From the IMG/VR virus record IMGVR_UViG_3300015370_000394, positions 1-32,571 of that record: 32,571 bases of DNA; one strand, written 5' to 3'. Below, in pieces: positions 1-8,673 of this stretch. The translations under genes and the position numbers were made by a program. Under the pieces are notes generated by a model. That model searched no databases. It worked only from the letters and a program-made list of their open reading frames with translations, and was not told where the DNA came from. How positions within the stretch are numbered: the first letter of the stretch is position 1; every line of letters begins with the position of its first letter. This DNA comes from a virus (taxonomy: Duplodnaviria > Caudoviricetes).

Positions 1-43
1 ACGCCCTCACCCCAGCCCTTCGTCGGCTGGCCGAGGAGGGGTC

Positions 44-244
44 GTGAGCGGGCGTGAGGTCACCCGTATGGCCAAGGCGCTGGCAGCGACGCAGGCGACG
101 CGGGGTTACGCTATGCACACCGCTACTGAGATCAATCGGCACTGGCGGCTGGTCCTCGGGAAAGAGTCGTTTCGGATCAGGGCACGGGTCGTGCTGCGAG
201 CGTTGGAAGTGCTGGCCGCATCGGAAGGGGGCGGGGATGGGTAG
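44..244 (+). CDS. hypothetical phage protein (66 aa)
   Basis: GTG start preceded by GAGGAGG; 3' end overlaps the next gene start. Confidence 0.55.
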   Translation: MSGREVTRMAKALAATQATRGYAMHTATEINRHWRLVLGKESFRIRARVVLRALEVLAASEGGGDG

Positions 245-602
245 CAAATTGCGTTGGTACTGGGGCGAGGATGAGCAAGGCGACCCGCTGCTGTTCATCC
301 AGCAGTACAACTTACCGACACACGGCCCGCGCGACATCGCCATCATGCAGCTCGACTCCAGCGAGGATGACGCGGCAGAAGCACTGGCAAACAAGATCGT
401 CCATGCCTGCAACGCGTACCCGGAGCAAGCCGCCCGCATCGCCGCGCTGGAAACGGCGTTACAGGAAGTGGCTCGCATACGCAAGGAGATGCGTCGTGAG
501 GCGTGTGCGCGACCGCACGGCAGTGACGTTGCCTTTGCGCTGACTGAATACTCGCGCGAGCTGGGCGCCGCGGTCGCCGTGCTGAAGGAGCCGAAGCCAT
601 GA
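237..602 (+). CDS. hypothetical phage protein (MGSKLRWYWG...)
   Basis: In-frame ATG at 237 within ORF 54..602; ATGA coupling to the next gene; 'ANKIVHACNAY...RIAALETALQ' is typical of small phage accessory proteins. Confidence 0.7.
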   Translation: MGSKLRWYWGEDEQGDPLLFIQQYNLPTHGPRDIAIMQLDSSEDDAAEALANKIVHACNAYPEQAARIAALETALQEVARIRKEMRREACARPHGSDVAFALTEYSRELGAAVAVLKEPKP

Positions 603-1009
603 GCGACCAGAGCGAGCAGGTCACCGCTCTTGAGTTGATGCGACGTGGTGGGACGTGGCTTGGCGCAGTGCGCAACCGCATCAAATGGATGCGCTGTTTC
701 GGCAACGGCGAGTCGGTCACGTGGGGATCAACCGATGTGCTTGAGCCGCCGCTGATGATACGCGAGATAGAGGAGTTGGCCGCCGAGGCCGCTGCGGCTG
801 TAATGAACGAGGCTTCCGACATCCTCGACGCCGAGAGGGCGGCTCATGCTGAAGCGAAGAAGGAACATCTGGAGGTGCTTGACAAGCTACACACGGCCAA
901 GATTGCGGCGGGCAAGCTTCACACGATGTACATCCGCGGGGAGTGCGGGCGGCGTGCCGAGTTGGACTGGCTGCTAGAGGCGTTCGGGTACACCGGGAGG
1001 ATGTCATGA
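599..1009 (+). CDS. hypothetical phage protein (136 aa)
   Basis: AAGGAG RBS; ATGA overlaps at both ends. Confidence 0.75.
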   Translation: MSDQSEQVTALELMRRGGTWLGAVRNRIKWMRCFGNGESVTWGSTDVLEPPLMIREIEELAAEAAAAVMNEASDILDAERAAHAEAKKEHLEVLDKLHTAKIAAGKLHTMYIRGECGRRAELDWLLEAFGYTGRMS

Positions 1010-1068
1010 GCGAACGCCAATGCTGCGACAGGATGATTCGGGTTGTGTGTATGACGGGAGGCTGGTGA
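1006..1068 (+). CDS. putative 20-aa Cys-rich micro-protein MSERQCCDRMIRVVCMTGGW
   Basis: GGGAGG RBS at 995-1000; ATGA overlap with the upstream stop; TGATG overlap with the downstream start. Confidence 0.4.
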   Translation: MSERQCCDRMIRVVCMTGGW

Positions 1069-1520
1069 TGACTGACCCGAAATACCCCATTCTGTGCGGC
1101 ACCGACATCGCCGCGATACACAGCTACACCTCAGAATGGCTCGCCCTCCTCGACGGCTACCGCGAGCTAGGTGCGCGAGCAGCCAAGGCCGAAGAAGAAC
1201 GCGACGCCACCCGCCGGCAGAACGACGAGCTGGCCACGAAGTTGGCTGAGGCGCGCGCGGAGGTGGAGCGGCTGCGGGAGCTGGTGCCGCATCGCGACGA
1301 GGAGGAGTCGGCCGCGTGGGCAAGGCTGGTGACAGCCCACCGAAAGGCCATGGATGCGCGCGACCTGGCCCAGCGAGATGCGGTAGAGTTGAGCGATGCA
1401 CTCCTGCACCCGTGGCGGAAGCGCGACGATGCCCCGCTCGCTGCTCGCCTCGCCCAGTATCGCAAGGCTACCTCTCCACCCAAGCCAGCACCGCCGCCCG
1501 AGGATGCCACCCGCAGCTGA
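1068..1520 (+). CDS. hypothetical coiled-coil phage protein
   Basis: GGGAGG RBS before ATG 1068; heptad stretch 'LAEARAEVERLRE'; 3' end overlaps the convergent endolysin. Confidence 0.7.
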   Translation: MTDPKYPILCGTDIAAIHSYTSEWLALLDGYRELGARAAKAEEERDATRRQNDELATKLAEARAEVERLRELVPHRDEEESAAWARLVTAHRKAMDARDLAQRDAVELSDALLHPWRKRDDAPLAARLAQYRKATSPPKPAPPPEDATRS

Positions 1521-2655
1521 TCGTGTCGTCCTCGTTGCCGCCCAGGCCCAGGTAGCGGTCGCCGTCGAGCTGGATGACGCAGCGCACATGCCCCGGTCCG
1601 CCCTTCAGCGGGTTGTGCCCGGCGCGCCCCAGGATGGCCAGCGAGCCCGGGCTCGGCGTCCAGCTGACCGGACGTAGCGTCCCCTCGACGCGAGCGTCCT
1701 CGGCCAGCTCGCGGACCGAGACTCGGAGGCCGTGGGGCATAATGTCCCCAGGCAGCGACGCATTGTACAGGGTTGCCGAAGCCAGAGCCGCGCACCATGG
1801 CGAATCGCTGTCATCGGTGCGCAGAGCCAGCGGCGCGCCGCCATCCCATCGTGGTGCTCCGTCTGCGCGAACGCCGAGCAGGCGCCCGCCGCGCCGGCAG
1901 TGCTCACTGTAGCTCAGGATGATCGGATTGTGCTGGGCACCGGGGATCTCGCGCGGCACCAGCCCGAACTGGTAGCCGAGCCAGAGGCAGCAGCGCTGGC
2001 CCAGCGTCAGGTCCGCGAGCTCGACACCATCATGCCAGCATGGGGCCGCGCTGGGGATAGTGTCGGGCCCGCGGTCGGCACCGGGGCGCAGAACAGCGTG
2101 GAAGGTGGTCCCGTAGTCTACGTACTCGGGGTTGTGTCGGTGGAAGTCGCTCGGGGTCTGGATCATCCTCTTCCCCACACGCCACCATCCGAAGATGCGC
2201 CCTCCTTTGACCCAGTGCTTGCCGGCGTTCGCTATCGGGGACACCGTCCAGCCGGCCGCCGCGAGACGGGCGAACACCTCGGCGTCGTGCAGCCGGCACC
2301 ATGCCAGGGTACACATGTGCTCCGCCCGGTAGGCAGCCATCGCGGGGGTGTCGTGGCCCTCGTAATCGACCCACGGCTTCGGGACGCCAGCGTCCACCAG
2401 CATTTTACCAGTGGGCAGCGTGTAGGGCTCGATGTGCAGCGCCAGGGCGTGGAGCTGCTCGAGCTCGGCCACCGAGGCGTCGTCCATACCGTTGTCCCGC
2501 AGCCATCCCCCAGACGGCCCATGGCCCAGACGAGCGAACATTTCCTCGCCGCGGTCGAAGACGGGGAGCTTTGAGATCCTGACGCCCCCTGGAAGCTCGG
2601 CCCATCCGACCTGGTGGATGTGTAGGTGCTCGAGCTTGGAAACGAAAACGCTCAT
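1468..2655 (-). CDS. endolysin: uncharacterised N-terminal domain plus C-terminal CHAP-like (TIGR02594-type) peptidase
   Basis: C-terminal motifs 'EIPGAQHNPIILSY', 'PWCAA', 'GHV', 'LGGNEDD'; last gene of the late operon, after the holin. Confidence 0.75.
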   Translation of the reverse strand: MSVFVSKLEHLHIHQVGWAELPGGVRISKLPVFDRGEEMFARLGHGPSGGWLRDNGMDDASVAELEQLHALALHIEPYTLPTGKMLVDAGVPKPWVDYEGHDTPAMAAYRAEHMCTLAWCRLHDAEVFARLAAAGWTVSPIANAGKHWVKGGRIFGWWRVGKRMIQTPSDFHRHNPEYVDYGTTFHAVLRPGADRGPDTIPSAAPCWHDGVELADLTLGQRCCLWLGYQFGLVPREIPGAQHNPIILSYSEHCRRGGRLLGVRADGAPRWDGGAPLALRTDDSDSPWCAALASATLYNASLPGDIMPHGLRVSVRELAEDARVEGTLRPVSWTPSPGSLAILGRAGHNPLKGGPGHVRCVIQLDGDRYLGLGGNEDDTISCGWHPRAAVLAWVER

Positions 2656-2664
2656 GTCCCCATG

Positions 2665-2883
2665 CTACCCCGGCGGGGACGAACCTGGGAAGCGTCGCCG
2701 TAGCTCGTCGTCGGCCTCGCTGCGGTCGTTGGCCAGCTGGGTCTTGGTGGTGGCTACGAAACGGTCGACCACACCCTTTGCAACGTCGACCTGCCCGTTG
2801 GCCACCAGCTCCACGATGCGGGCGATCACATCAGCGGCTGCGCCCATGATGGCGCCGATCATACTTGCTGCACTGCTGCTCAT
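2665..2883 (-). CDS. small lysis-module protein with amphipathic N-terminus
   Basis: ATGA coupling to the lipoprotein gene; 'MIGAIMGAAADVIARIVELV' helix. Confidence 0.6.
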   Translation of the reverse strand: MSSSAASMIGAIMGAAADVIARIVELVANGQVDVAKGVVDRFVATTKTQLANDRSEADDELRRRFPGSSPPG

Positions 2884-3308
2884 AGCGCCTCGCTCAACCT
2901 CGCGGCCAGCTTGGAGTAACTACCCTGAAGCATCATGGCCAGTGTGAACAGGTCCACCATGTTCGGGATCTCCCCGCGCTTGACGTCGGCCCTGGCTATC
3001 TCGAGCCCAACCGCCAGGGCTTCACTGATACGCTCAGCTTCACGGAAGGCGTCAAACACTGGCTGGTAGGCGGCGTCAATCTCGTCGAGCAGTTTCTTGC
3101 CCTCGTCGTAGCTTCCAGCGGTCTTTGCGGCTGCCATCAGAGCGGCTTTGCGCACGAACCTGGCCTTCTCCTGTAGCCCAGTGAGAGCCGCGACGGTGGC
3201 GTTGTTGGTCCGCATGGCTTCCTCCACCCCTGCGACTGCAAGCTGTTGGGCTCGGGGGGTACAGCCGGTGAAGAGGAGGACAAGGGCGATCAGTAGGAGC
3301 CGGGTCAC
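2880..3308 (-). CDS. lipoprotein, spanin candidate
   Basis: GTG start overlaps the holin stop (GTGA); signal and lipobox 'TRLLLIALVLLFTG-C'; helical mature region. Confidence 0.7.
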   Translation of the reverse strand: MTRLLLIALVLLFTGCTPRAQQLAVAGVEEAMRTNNATVAALTGLQEKARFVRKAALMAAAKTAGSYDEGKKLLDEIDAAYQPVFDAFREAERISEALAVGLEIARADVKRGEIPNMVDLFTLAMMLQGSYSKLAARLSEAL

Positions 3309-3529
3309 CTGTCCTCGGCGTTGCTGGGGAACCCAGTGATGAGGCCCATCACCACCCCGGGCGGGATTGCGGTGCCGTTCTTGGCAGCCGTGCGACGAGC
3401 CCCGATGGCGCCGCCGAACGCTCCGAGGACCACCAGCACGGCGTCCCCTGAGATGAGCTTGGAGTAGCACAAGAAGGTCGCGGCCAAGATGACGGCGAGG
3501 TCGATAGTTACAGCTTGCCAGGTCTTCAT
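3305..3529 (-). CDS. holin-like membrane protein
   Basis: 74 aa with 2-3 hydrophobic segments (LAVILAATFLCY; AVLVVLGAFGGAIG); lies upstream of the lipoprotein and endolysin. Confidence 0.65.
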   Translation of the reverse strand: MKTWQAVTIDLAVILAATFLCYSKLISGDAVLVVLGAFGGAIGARRTAAKNGTAIPPGVVMGLITGFPSNAEDR

Positions 3530-3912
3530 TTCGTCCTCTCAATAGGTACGGGCACCACTGGCACCGGCACCCACGGCTCGGCGGCGGCGGCTAGTTTGGG
3601 CCTGCCCTTGCAGTTGTCCCAAACGACCCCATCGAGCTTGGCTCCAGTCCACGTGGCACCCGTCAGGTCCGAGCCGTGCAGATTGGCGCCCGTCAGGTCT
3701 GCGCCCGTGAAGTCCGTCCCGCGTAGGTCGGCGTGACACAGCAGGATTCCGCGCAGGTCGGACTGAGCCAGATTGGCCCTTGGTAGCTCGGCGCCGATGG
3801 CGTTGACGTTGGGCGCCTTGCAGCCGAATAGATTCACATCGGGCCGCTTGGCGAAGTACAGCGAGCGCACCGTTGCGCCAGGCTTCAAGGTGTATTCGTC
3901 AAGCTGGGTCAT
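3526..3912 (-). CDS. pentapeptide repeat protein
   Basis: Tandem A(D/N)LXG units: ANLAQ SDLRG ILLCH ADLRG TDFTG ADLTG ANLHG SDLTG ATWTG AKLDG. Confidence 0.9.
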   Translation of the reverse strand: MTQLDEYTLKPGATVRSLYFAKRPDVNLFGCKAPNVNAIGAELPRANLAQSDLRGILLCHADLRGTDFTGADLTGANLHGSDLTGATWTGAKLDGVVWDNCKGRPKLAAAAEPWVPVPVVPVPIERTK

Positions 3913-5339
3913 GTCGCCTCCAGAATCGAGCGCACCGCTTCCAGCTCGTAGCGATTGATCGGCCTCGCAAAAGACGCGCCTGCCCTTGCGGCGTAGTTGG
4001 AGTACTCGTCGAAGGTCCCGGCCCCAGTCTCGCGTGCGCCCCAGGTCAGCGAGCCAGCACCGACTGTGGTGGTCTGCGCTGTCGCCGTCGAGGCGTAGGT
4101 GCCGTCGCCGTCAATGCGTCGGACGGCCACTCCCGATTCAATGGCCATTGCGATCGTTTCCGCTGGGCTGGTGAACTCTGCCAGCGGCCCCACGTTGGCG
4201 TCGTTGCCAGAGTTGCAGACCGCCGTGAATCGCGCCCCGGCGCTGCCGTGGCCACCGATACCACCATTGAGGTGGACGGCGCTGCGGCCCTTCTGTGCGA
4301 GTGTGACGTTGGCTGGTAGGGCTGCAAAGCTGGCGTGCTTCAGCACGTGACTGTAGCCCAGCGCCCCGTCGAGCGCTGCCGCGTCTGCGATGGCCAACGC
4401 ATCGTTGATGCCGTCGAACAGCACGAAGTCTTGTCCGCCCACCGAGACGATGGTTGGCGAGCCGTAGATGTTGATGGCGCCAGCGAGGGCGCGGTCGGTG
4501 AGTGCCGTCAAGATGCCGCCGGCCTGCGTTGCGTGGTCCAGGTCCCACCAGCCGCAGCAGTTCGCGACGGACAGCGGAGAGACGACCAGATTGAACCGCG
4601 CCATCAACCACGCGTTGATTGCTGCGGTTTCGGCATCGGTGCAGGCGCGGTTGACTACTACTAGGTAGTAGAGGTCAACACTGGCGAAGTTTGTTTCGGC
4701 CCAATTCGACGCACCGAGACGCACAGTCCCTGTAATGGTTTGCGTCGTGGCTGGCACAGCTGAACCGATCAATTTCCCGTCTCGGAAGACCTCATAGGAT
4801 GCCAAGTCGTCAATGCGCCACGTGAGACACTGGCCGCGTGTTGGATCTGTGAGCTTGGGAACAATGCGATTAGCGGCGCTACTGTCCTCCATAACTCCAA
4901 CCATACTATTGACTGGGTTAGTGAGTTGCAGCCCACCGTAATTGGTCCACGACATTAGGAGGCGCTCGTTCGGTCCACCGGCGGCGTCGTTGTCTGTGAG
5001 CACCGCGAAGAACGTAAGGTCATGGGACGCATCCGCCAGGCCTGTGAGATTCATCCACTTGGTAGCACCATCAAACGTCGCATACCGATGCCCCCCAAGC
5101 CCCCCTACGCCGAGCGCTGGCTGATTCGCGGCAACGGCCTGCGTGGCGTGCACCGTTGCGCCCGTGGCCTGGTTCCAAACCAGGTCCAGGCCCACGTCAA
5201 CAGTGCACCGCGGGTCGTCTAGGTCGTGCAGCAGGATGACGGAGGTGTCACCGTCGGGGAGGATGGTCTTGGGCGACTGGGGTCTGCCCCCGAACCCGTA
5301 GTTCATCCCCATCCCGATCCCTATGGCCCCGACTCCCAT
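3909..5339 (-). CDS. tail/receptor-binding protein with two LamG/concanavalin-A-like domains
   Basis: Repeated motifs 'FDGATKWM'/'FDGINDAL' and 'VVNRACTDAETAAI'/'FARPINRYELEAV'; TAATG coupling sets the start at 5339. Confidence 0.7.
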   Translation of the reverse strand: MGVGAIGIGMGMNYGFGGRPQSPKTILPDGDTSVILLHDLDDPRCTVDVGLDLVWNQATGATVHATQAVAANQPALGVGGLGGHRYATFDGATKWMNLTGLADASHDLTFFAVLTDNDAAGGPNERLLMSWTNYGGLQLTNPVNSMVGVMEDSSAANRIVPKLTDPTRGQCLTWRIDDLASYEVFRDGKLIGSAVPATTQTITGTVRLGASNWAETNFASVDLYYLVVVNRACTDAETAAINAWLMARFNLVVSPLSVANCCGWWDLDHATQAGGILTALTDRALAGAINIYGSPTIVSVGGQDFVLFDGINDALAIADAAALDGALGYSHVLKHASFAALPANVTLAQKGRSAVHLNGGIGGHGSAGARFTAVCNSGNDANVGPLAEFTSPAETIAMAIESGVAVRRIDGDGTYASTATAQTTTVGAGSLTWGARETGAGTFDEYSNYAARAGASFARPINRYELEAVRSILEAT

Positions 5340-5710
5340 TATGGGTCCAAGCCCCAATATTCCAACAAAGGGACGCCTACCGCGGAGGCTGCAAATAGAC
5401 CCACGGGCAGAGCAGCCGCCAACCGAATGGGGAATTCCTCGCCCGGGAGGAGGGTGGCGAACCTCTCGGCCCCGCCCACACCTACCGACAGATGAATAAT
5501 CTCAGCCGCCTCCACCGACCGGTTGGCAAACATCCACCACCCGCCCAGCACCGCTGCGCCCAGGGGCACCAGCGCTGGAGCCACAGCGGTGTTCATGGTC
5601 CCGCCAGCTGTGTTAGTCCCTACCAGCGCCACAGACATGGTCTTAGACGGCCAGGTGCGGTCCACCTCGTCGGCGGTGTGGACAAACGTAGTACGGATTG
5701 TCAGCGGCAT
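5339..5710 (-). CDS. small virion/tail-associated protein
   Basis: Tightly packed in the late operon; beta-rich composition. Confidence 0.6.
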   Translation of the reverse strand: MPLTIRTTFVHTADEVDRTWPSKTMSVALVGTNTAGGTMNTAVAPALVPLGAAVLGGWWMFANRSVEAAEIIHLSVGVGGAERFATLLPGEEFPIRLAAALPVGLFAASAVGVPLLEYWGLDP

Positions 5711-5714
5711 GTCG

Positions 5715-6020
5715 TCACCACATGACCAGGACGTGGGTCGCGGTCGAGGCGGCGTTGATGGTCACCACGCCACATGGGAGGCGCACACCGGCGGCAAGTG
5801 CCGCGGGGATCACTTGGGTGATTCCAAGCTCGTCGATGACGCTCAGGTTCCCGCCCGTGAATATGAACTCCCGAGGGGGGTTCTTGCTGCGCTGATTGGT
5901 GTAGCCGGGCCAAGTGGTGGCCATGTCAATGGCGTCGGTCCCTAGCCGGTATCCTACCGCTCCCGCGGCTGCGAAGACACGCCAGACACCAGTGCTTGAG
6001 TTTTGGGGAGATGGGGGCAT
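5715..6020 (-). CDS. small virion/tail-associated protein
   Basis: GAGGA RBS; C-terminal 'INAASTATHVLVMW' resembles small proteins that precede phage tail fibres. Confidence 0.6.
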   Translation of the reverse strand: MPPSPQNSSTGVWRVFAAAGAVGYRLGTDAIDMATTWPGYTNQRSKNPPREFIFTGGNLSVIDELGITQVIPAALAAGVRLPCGVVTINAASTATHVLVMW

Positions 6021-6021
6021 G

Positions 6022-8673
6022 TTACGCTTCCTCTAGTTCTCGGTCGGCCGTGAGGCTGATGTTGTCGCCCAGCTCCCTGTCACCACCCTTAGCCGGTCGC
6101 CTTCCGGGAAGTGGTTTGGGATCTGGTTCATGGTATATTCTTTGAATTATTTGGGCAACCTCGGGCGTATCGAGCGGGTCGATGGGGTGGCCCAGAATCA
6201 TGGAGGCAGAGCGGCTGTCCAGGTAGGGGATCATCAGGCCCTTCTCGCCAAGCCCCTGCAAGTCATGAACAATCTGCTTCTGGAGGGCCTCGTAGAACGC
6301 AGGAGCGGTCTTACGGACGGCGTCTACGGCTTCGTAGGACACCATCCCGTCCGCCAGGTCTCTGATGATGGTGCGGGGGTCCTCGACGGCTCGGCGACGT
6401 CTCTCGAAGCGCTGGAGCTCGGCCTCGGACGGAGGGATCTCGATGGCGCCCAGGGCCCCGTAGCGACTGTGAGGTTGGGGGGCGTGCTCGGCCAGGTAGT
6501 TCAGGCCGCGCTGCACATGGTCCGCCGCCCCTTCTACGGTGTCGGGGGCGCCCTGCGCCATGTAGGACAGGTTGCTGCGGACCAGGGCGGCGATGTCGGT
6601 CCCCTTCGCCTGGGTGACAGCATGAGCGGCTCTCTCGGAGCGCTTGTTCTCTCGGAGCTGTAAGGCTGTCCGAACTGCTATGGGCCTGGCTGCTTTGGCT
6701 GCGGCTCGAAGTGGCCCGCCGGCTCCTGCCAGAACCTCCTGGGTCTTGCGCAGCGTCCGGTCCATGAGGGCCAGCTGGCGCACGGTGCGGGCGGGGTTGA
6801 GGACTGGGCCCATTAGAACCCCTGCCGCCGCAAGCGCCGGGTTGCCGCTCGCAAGACCGCCGCCGATGAAACCACCGATCATCCCCGCAGAGTCCGAGCC
6901 CCCCTCGAGCAGTTGCATCTGGTTGACCGAGGTGGCGTGCTCGGCCACAGTGTCTAGCTGCTCGAGCAGCGCCTTGGCCTCGCTCCTGCTCTCCAAGAGC
7001 CACTTGCGCTGCTCCGGGCTCAGGTTCTTGAGGCTCTTGGCGATCATCTCGTTGTGGGCGACGTGGGTCTCTAGGTGCCCGCGCATCGCCTGGATCGCTG
7101 CGTCCCCCTTGGGGTTGACCACGTTCGAGAACACGGTGTCGACCTGATCTAGGGTCGGCAGCCACACGTCCTCCTTGAAGGCGCCGGTGGGCTGGTGGGG
7201 CTTGAGCCAGTGCCTAGCGAAACCGGTCAGGTCGTCTCCCTGAATGGCCGGCGTCCAGGTCCCGTTCACCACCTTGTAGAGGGTCCCGGCGTCGCCCCAG
7301 GATGCCGTGTTCTCCAGCTCTTTCCGGGCGTAGCCGTAGAGTCCTTTGAGCTTATCGAAGGTCCGCTGCTCGTTTCCCAGCTTGTGGGATTTGCCCCGGT
7401 AGAACTTGGTGAACTTGCCCTCGTCTCGCTTGAGGGAGTCCACGGCCGTGTTGAGCTGGGCCATCAGTTCTCGACTGTATTTACGGGGCACTCCAACGGG
7501 GGTGACGATCCCCAGCGGGTTGGGCTTAGTGATCTCGTCCAGCCTGGCCAGTACGCCCTCGATGTGCTCCACCGACGCCTCGAGTCCCTTGGTCCCTTTG
7601 ATCTTGGTTGGGGAGTAGAGGTGCTTGTCCAAGAGCATCTCGTTCAGCTCTGTGCGGAACCTGCCAGCTACTGTCCGGGCGCTGTCGACCTGTTTCGGGA
7701 ACAGGGCTTCGTCCAGCACGTGGGCGATCTCGGACTCTTTGGCGGTCCCCTTGAACTTGTTGCCAGCCAGGTTGCTTCGCTCGGTGAACCCGAAGAAGCG
7801 CTTGAAGAAATCGGGGACCTCTTTGGCAATGAGCTGTTTGCCGTGCGTCATGCTCTCGCGCTTGGCAGCGGAGCTGAACGCTTGGGGGAGGACCTCGGTT
7901 CCCTCTCGGCCTGTGAGGGCGGCAGCTTTGGCGACCCCCCTGCCGGCGTACCCGAACATGGTCTCGAGGAGCCCCGCGGCGGCGTCCTCGGAGCGCATCG
8001 CAGCCTGGAGCTTCTTGCCCGACCAACCGGCGGCCTTACCGGCTGCCCCCAGAGCGCTCCCGAGCCCCCCGCCGAGTAGGGCGTTGAACCCCACGTCCAT
8101 GGCGAAGCTCTCTTTGGTCAGCTCCTTCTGGCCCAGGGCGTCCTCGGAGATGGCCTCCCCGGCTCCCCAGATTGCAGCTTCACCGGCGCCCCTTAGGCCC
8201 TTGCCGATGATGCCGCCGCCGCCCAGTCTCTCGACCGCTTCCCCACCTTTGAGCACTGCCCGGCCCGGGCCGCCCGCAGCGCGCAGGAACTTGCCAGCGG
8301 CCCCCAGCCCCTGGACCTTACCGAACCCCACTGCCATGCCCCCGAGACCACCGAGCGTCGAGGGGATGTCGTGGTACTCGCGGATCTCGCCCAGCGACTT
8401 GGCGGCGTCTGGGGCCATTTGTCCAAGCGCCCAGTCTGAAGCGCCGAACGTGGCCTCCTTCGCGAACGCGGTACCGGCCGCCAGGGCTGCATACTCGGCC
8501 CCGCCGTACTTCTCTCGCAGCTCCGCCTCTCTGGCCTCCTCTACGGATGGTGCCGTCCAGCCCTCCCTGGCGCGGGCCTGAACCTCCTCGACGGGAACCT
8601 GCTCAACAACCCCGGCGATAGGGCTCTTGAGCGGGACGGTGGCCTCTGCGGCCGGCTGGGGGGCGTCGGCCAT
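6022..8673 (-). CDS. large internal virion (DNA ejection) protein
   Basis: 883 aa, Gly/Ala-rich membrane-like helices (ALLGGGLGSALGAAG; MIGGFIGGGLASG); podoviral gene order. Confidence 0.65.
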   Translation of the reverse strand: MADAPQPAAEATVPLKSPIAGVVEQVPVEEVQARAREGWTAPSVEEAREAELREKYGGAEYAALAAGTAFAKEATFGASDWALGQMAPDAAKSLGEIREYHDIPSTLGGLGGMAVGFGKVQGLGAAGKFLRAAGGPGRAVLKGGEAVERLGGGGIIGKGLRGAGEAAIWGAGEAISEDALGQKELTKESFAMDVGFNALLGGGLGSALGAAGKAAGWSGKKLQAAMRSEDAAAGLLETMFGYAGRGVAKAAALTGREGTEVLPQAFSSAAKRESMTHGKQLIAKEVPDFFKRFFGFTERSNLAGNKFKGTAKESEIAHVLDEALFPKQVDSARTVAGRFRTELNEMLLDKHLYSPTKIKGTKGLEASVEHIEGVLARLDEITKPNPLGIVTPVGVPRKYSRELMAQLNTAVDSLKRDEGKFTKFYRGKSHKLGNEQRTFDKLKGLYGYARKELENTASWGDAGTLYKVVNGTWTPAIQGDDLTGFARHWLKPHQPTGAFKEDVWLPTLDQVDTVFSNVVNPKGDAAIQAMRGHLETHVAHNEMIAKSLKNLSPEQRKWLLESRSEAKALLEQLDTVAEHATSVNQMQLLEGGSDSAGMIGGFIGGGLASGNPALAAAGVLMGPVLNPARTVRQLALMDRTLRKTQEVLAGAGGPLRAAAKAARPIAVRTALQLRENKRSERAAHAVTQAKGTDIAALVRSNLSYMAQGAPDTVEGAADHVQRGLNYLAEHAPQPHSRYGALGAIEIPPSEAELQRFERRRRAVEDPRTIIRDLADGMVSYEAVDAVRKTAPAFYEALQKQIVHDLQGLGEKGLMIPYLDSRSASMILGHPIDPLDTPEVAQIIQRIYHEPDPKPLPGRRPAKGGDRELGDNISLTADRELEEA

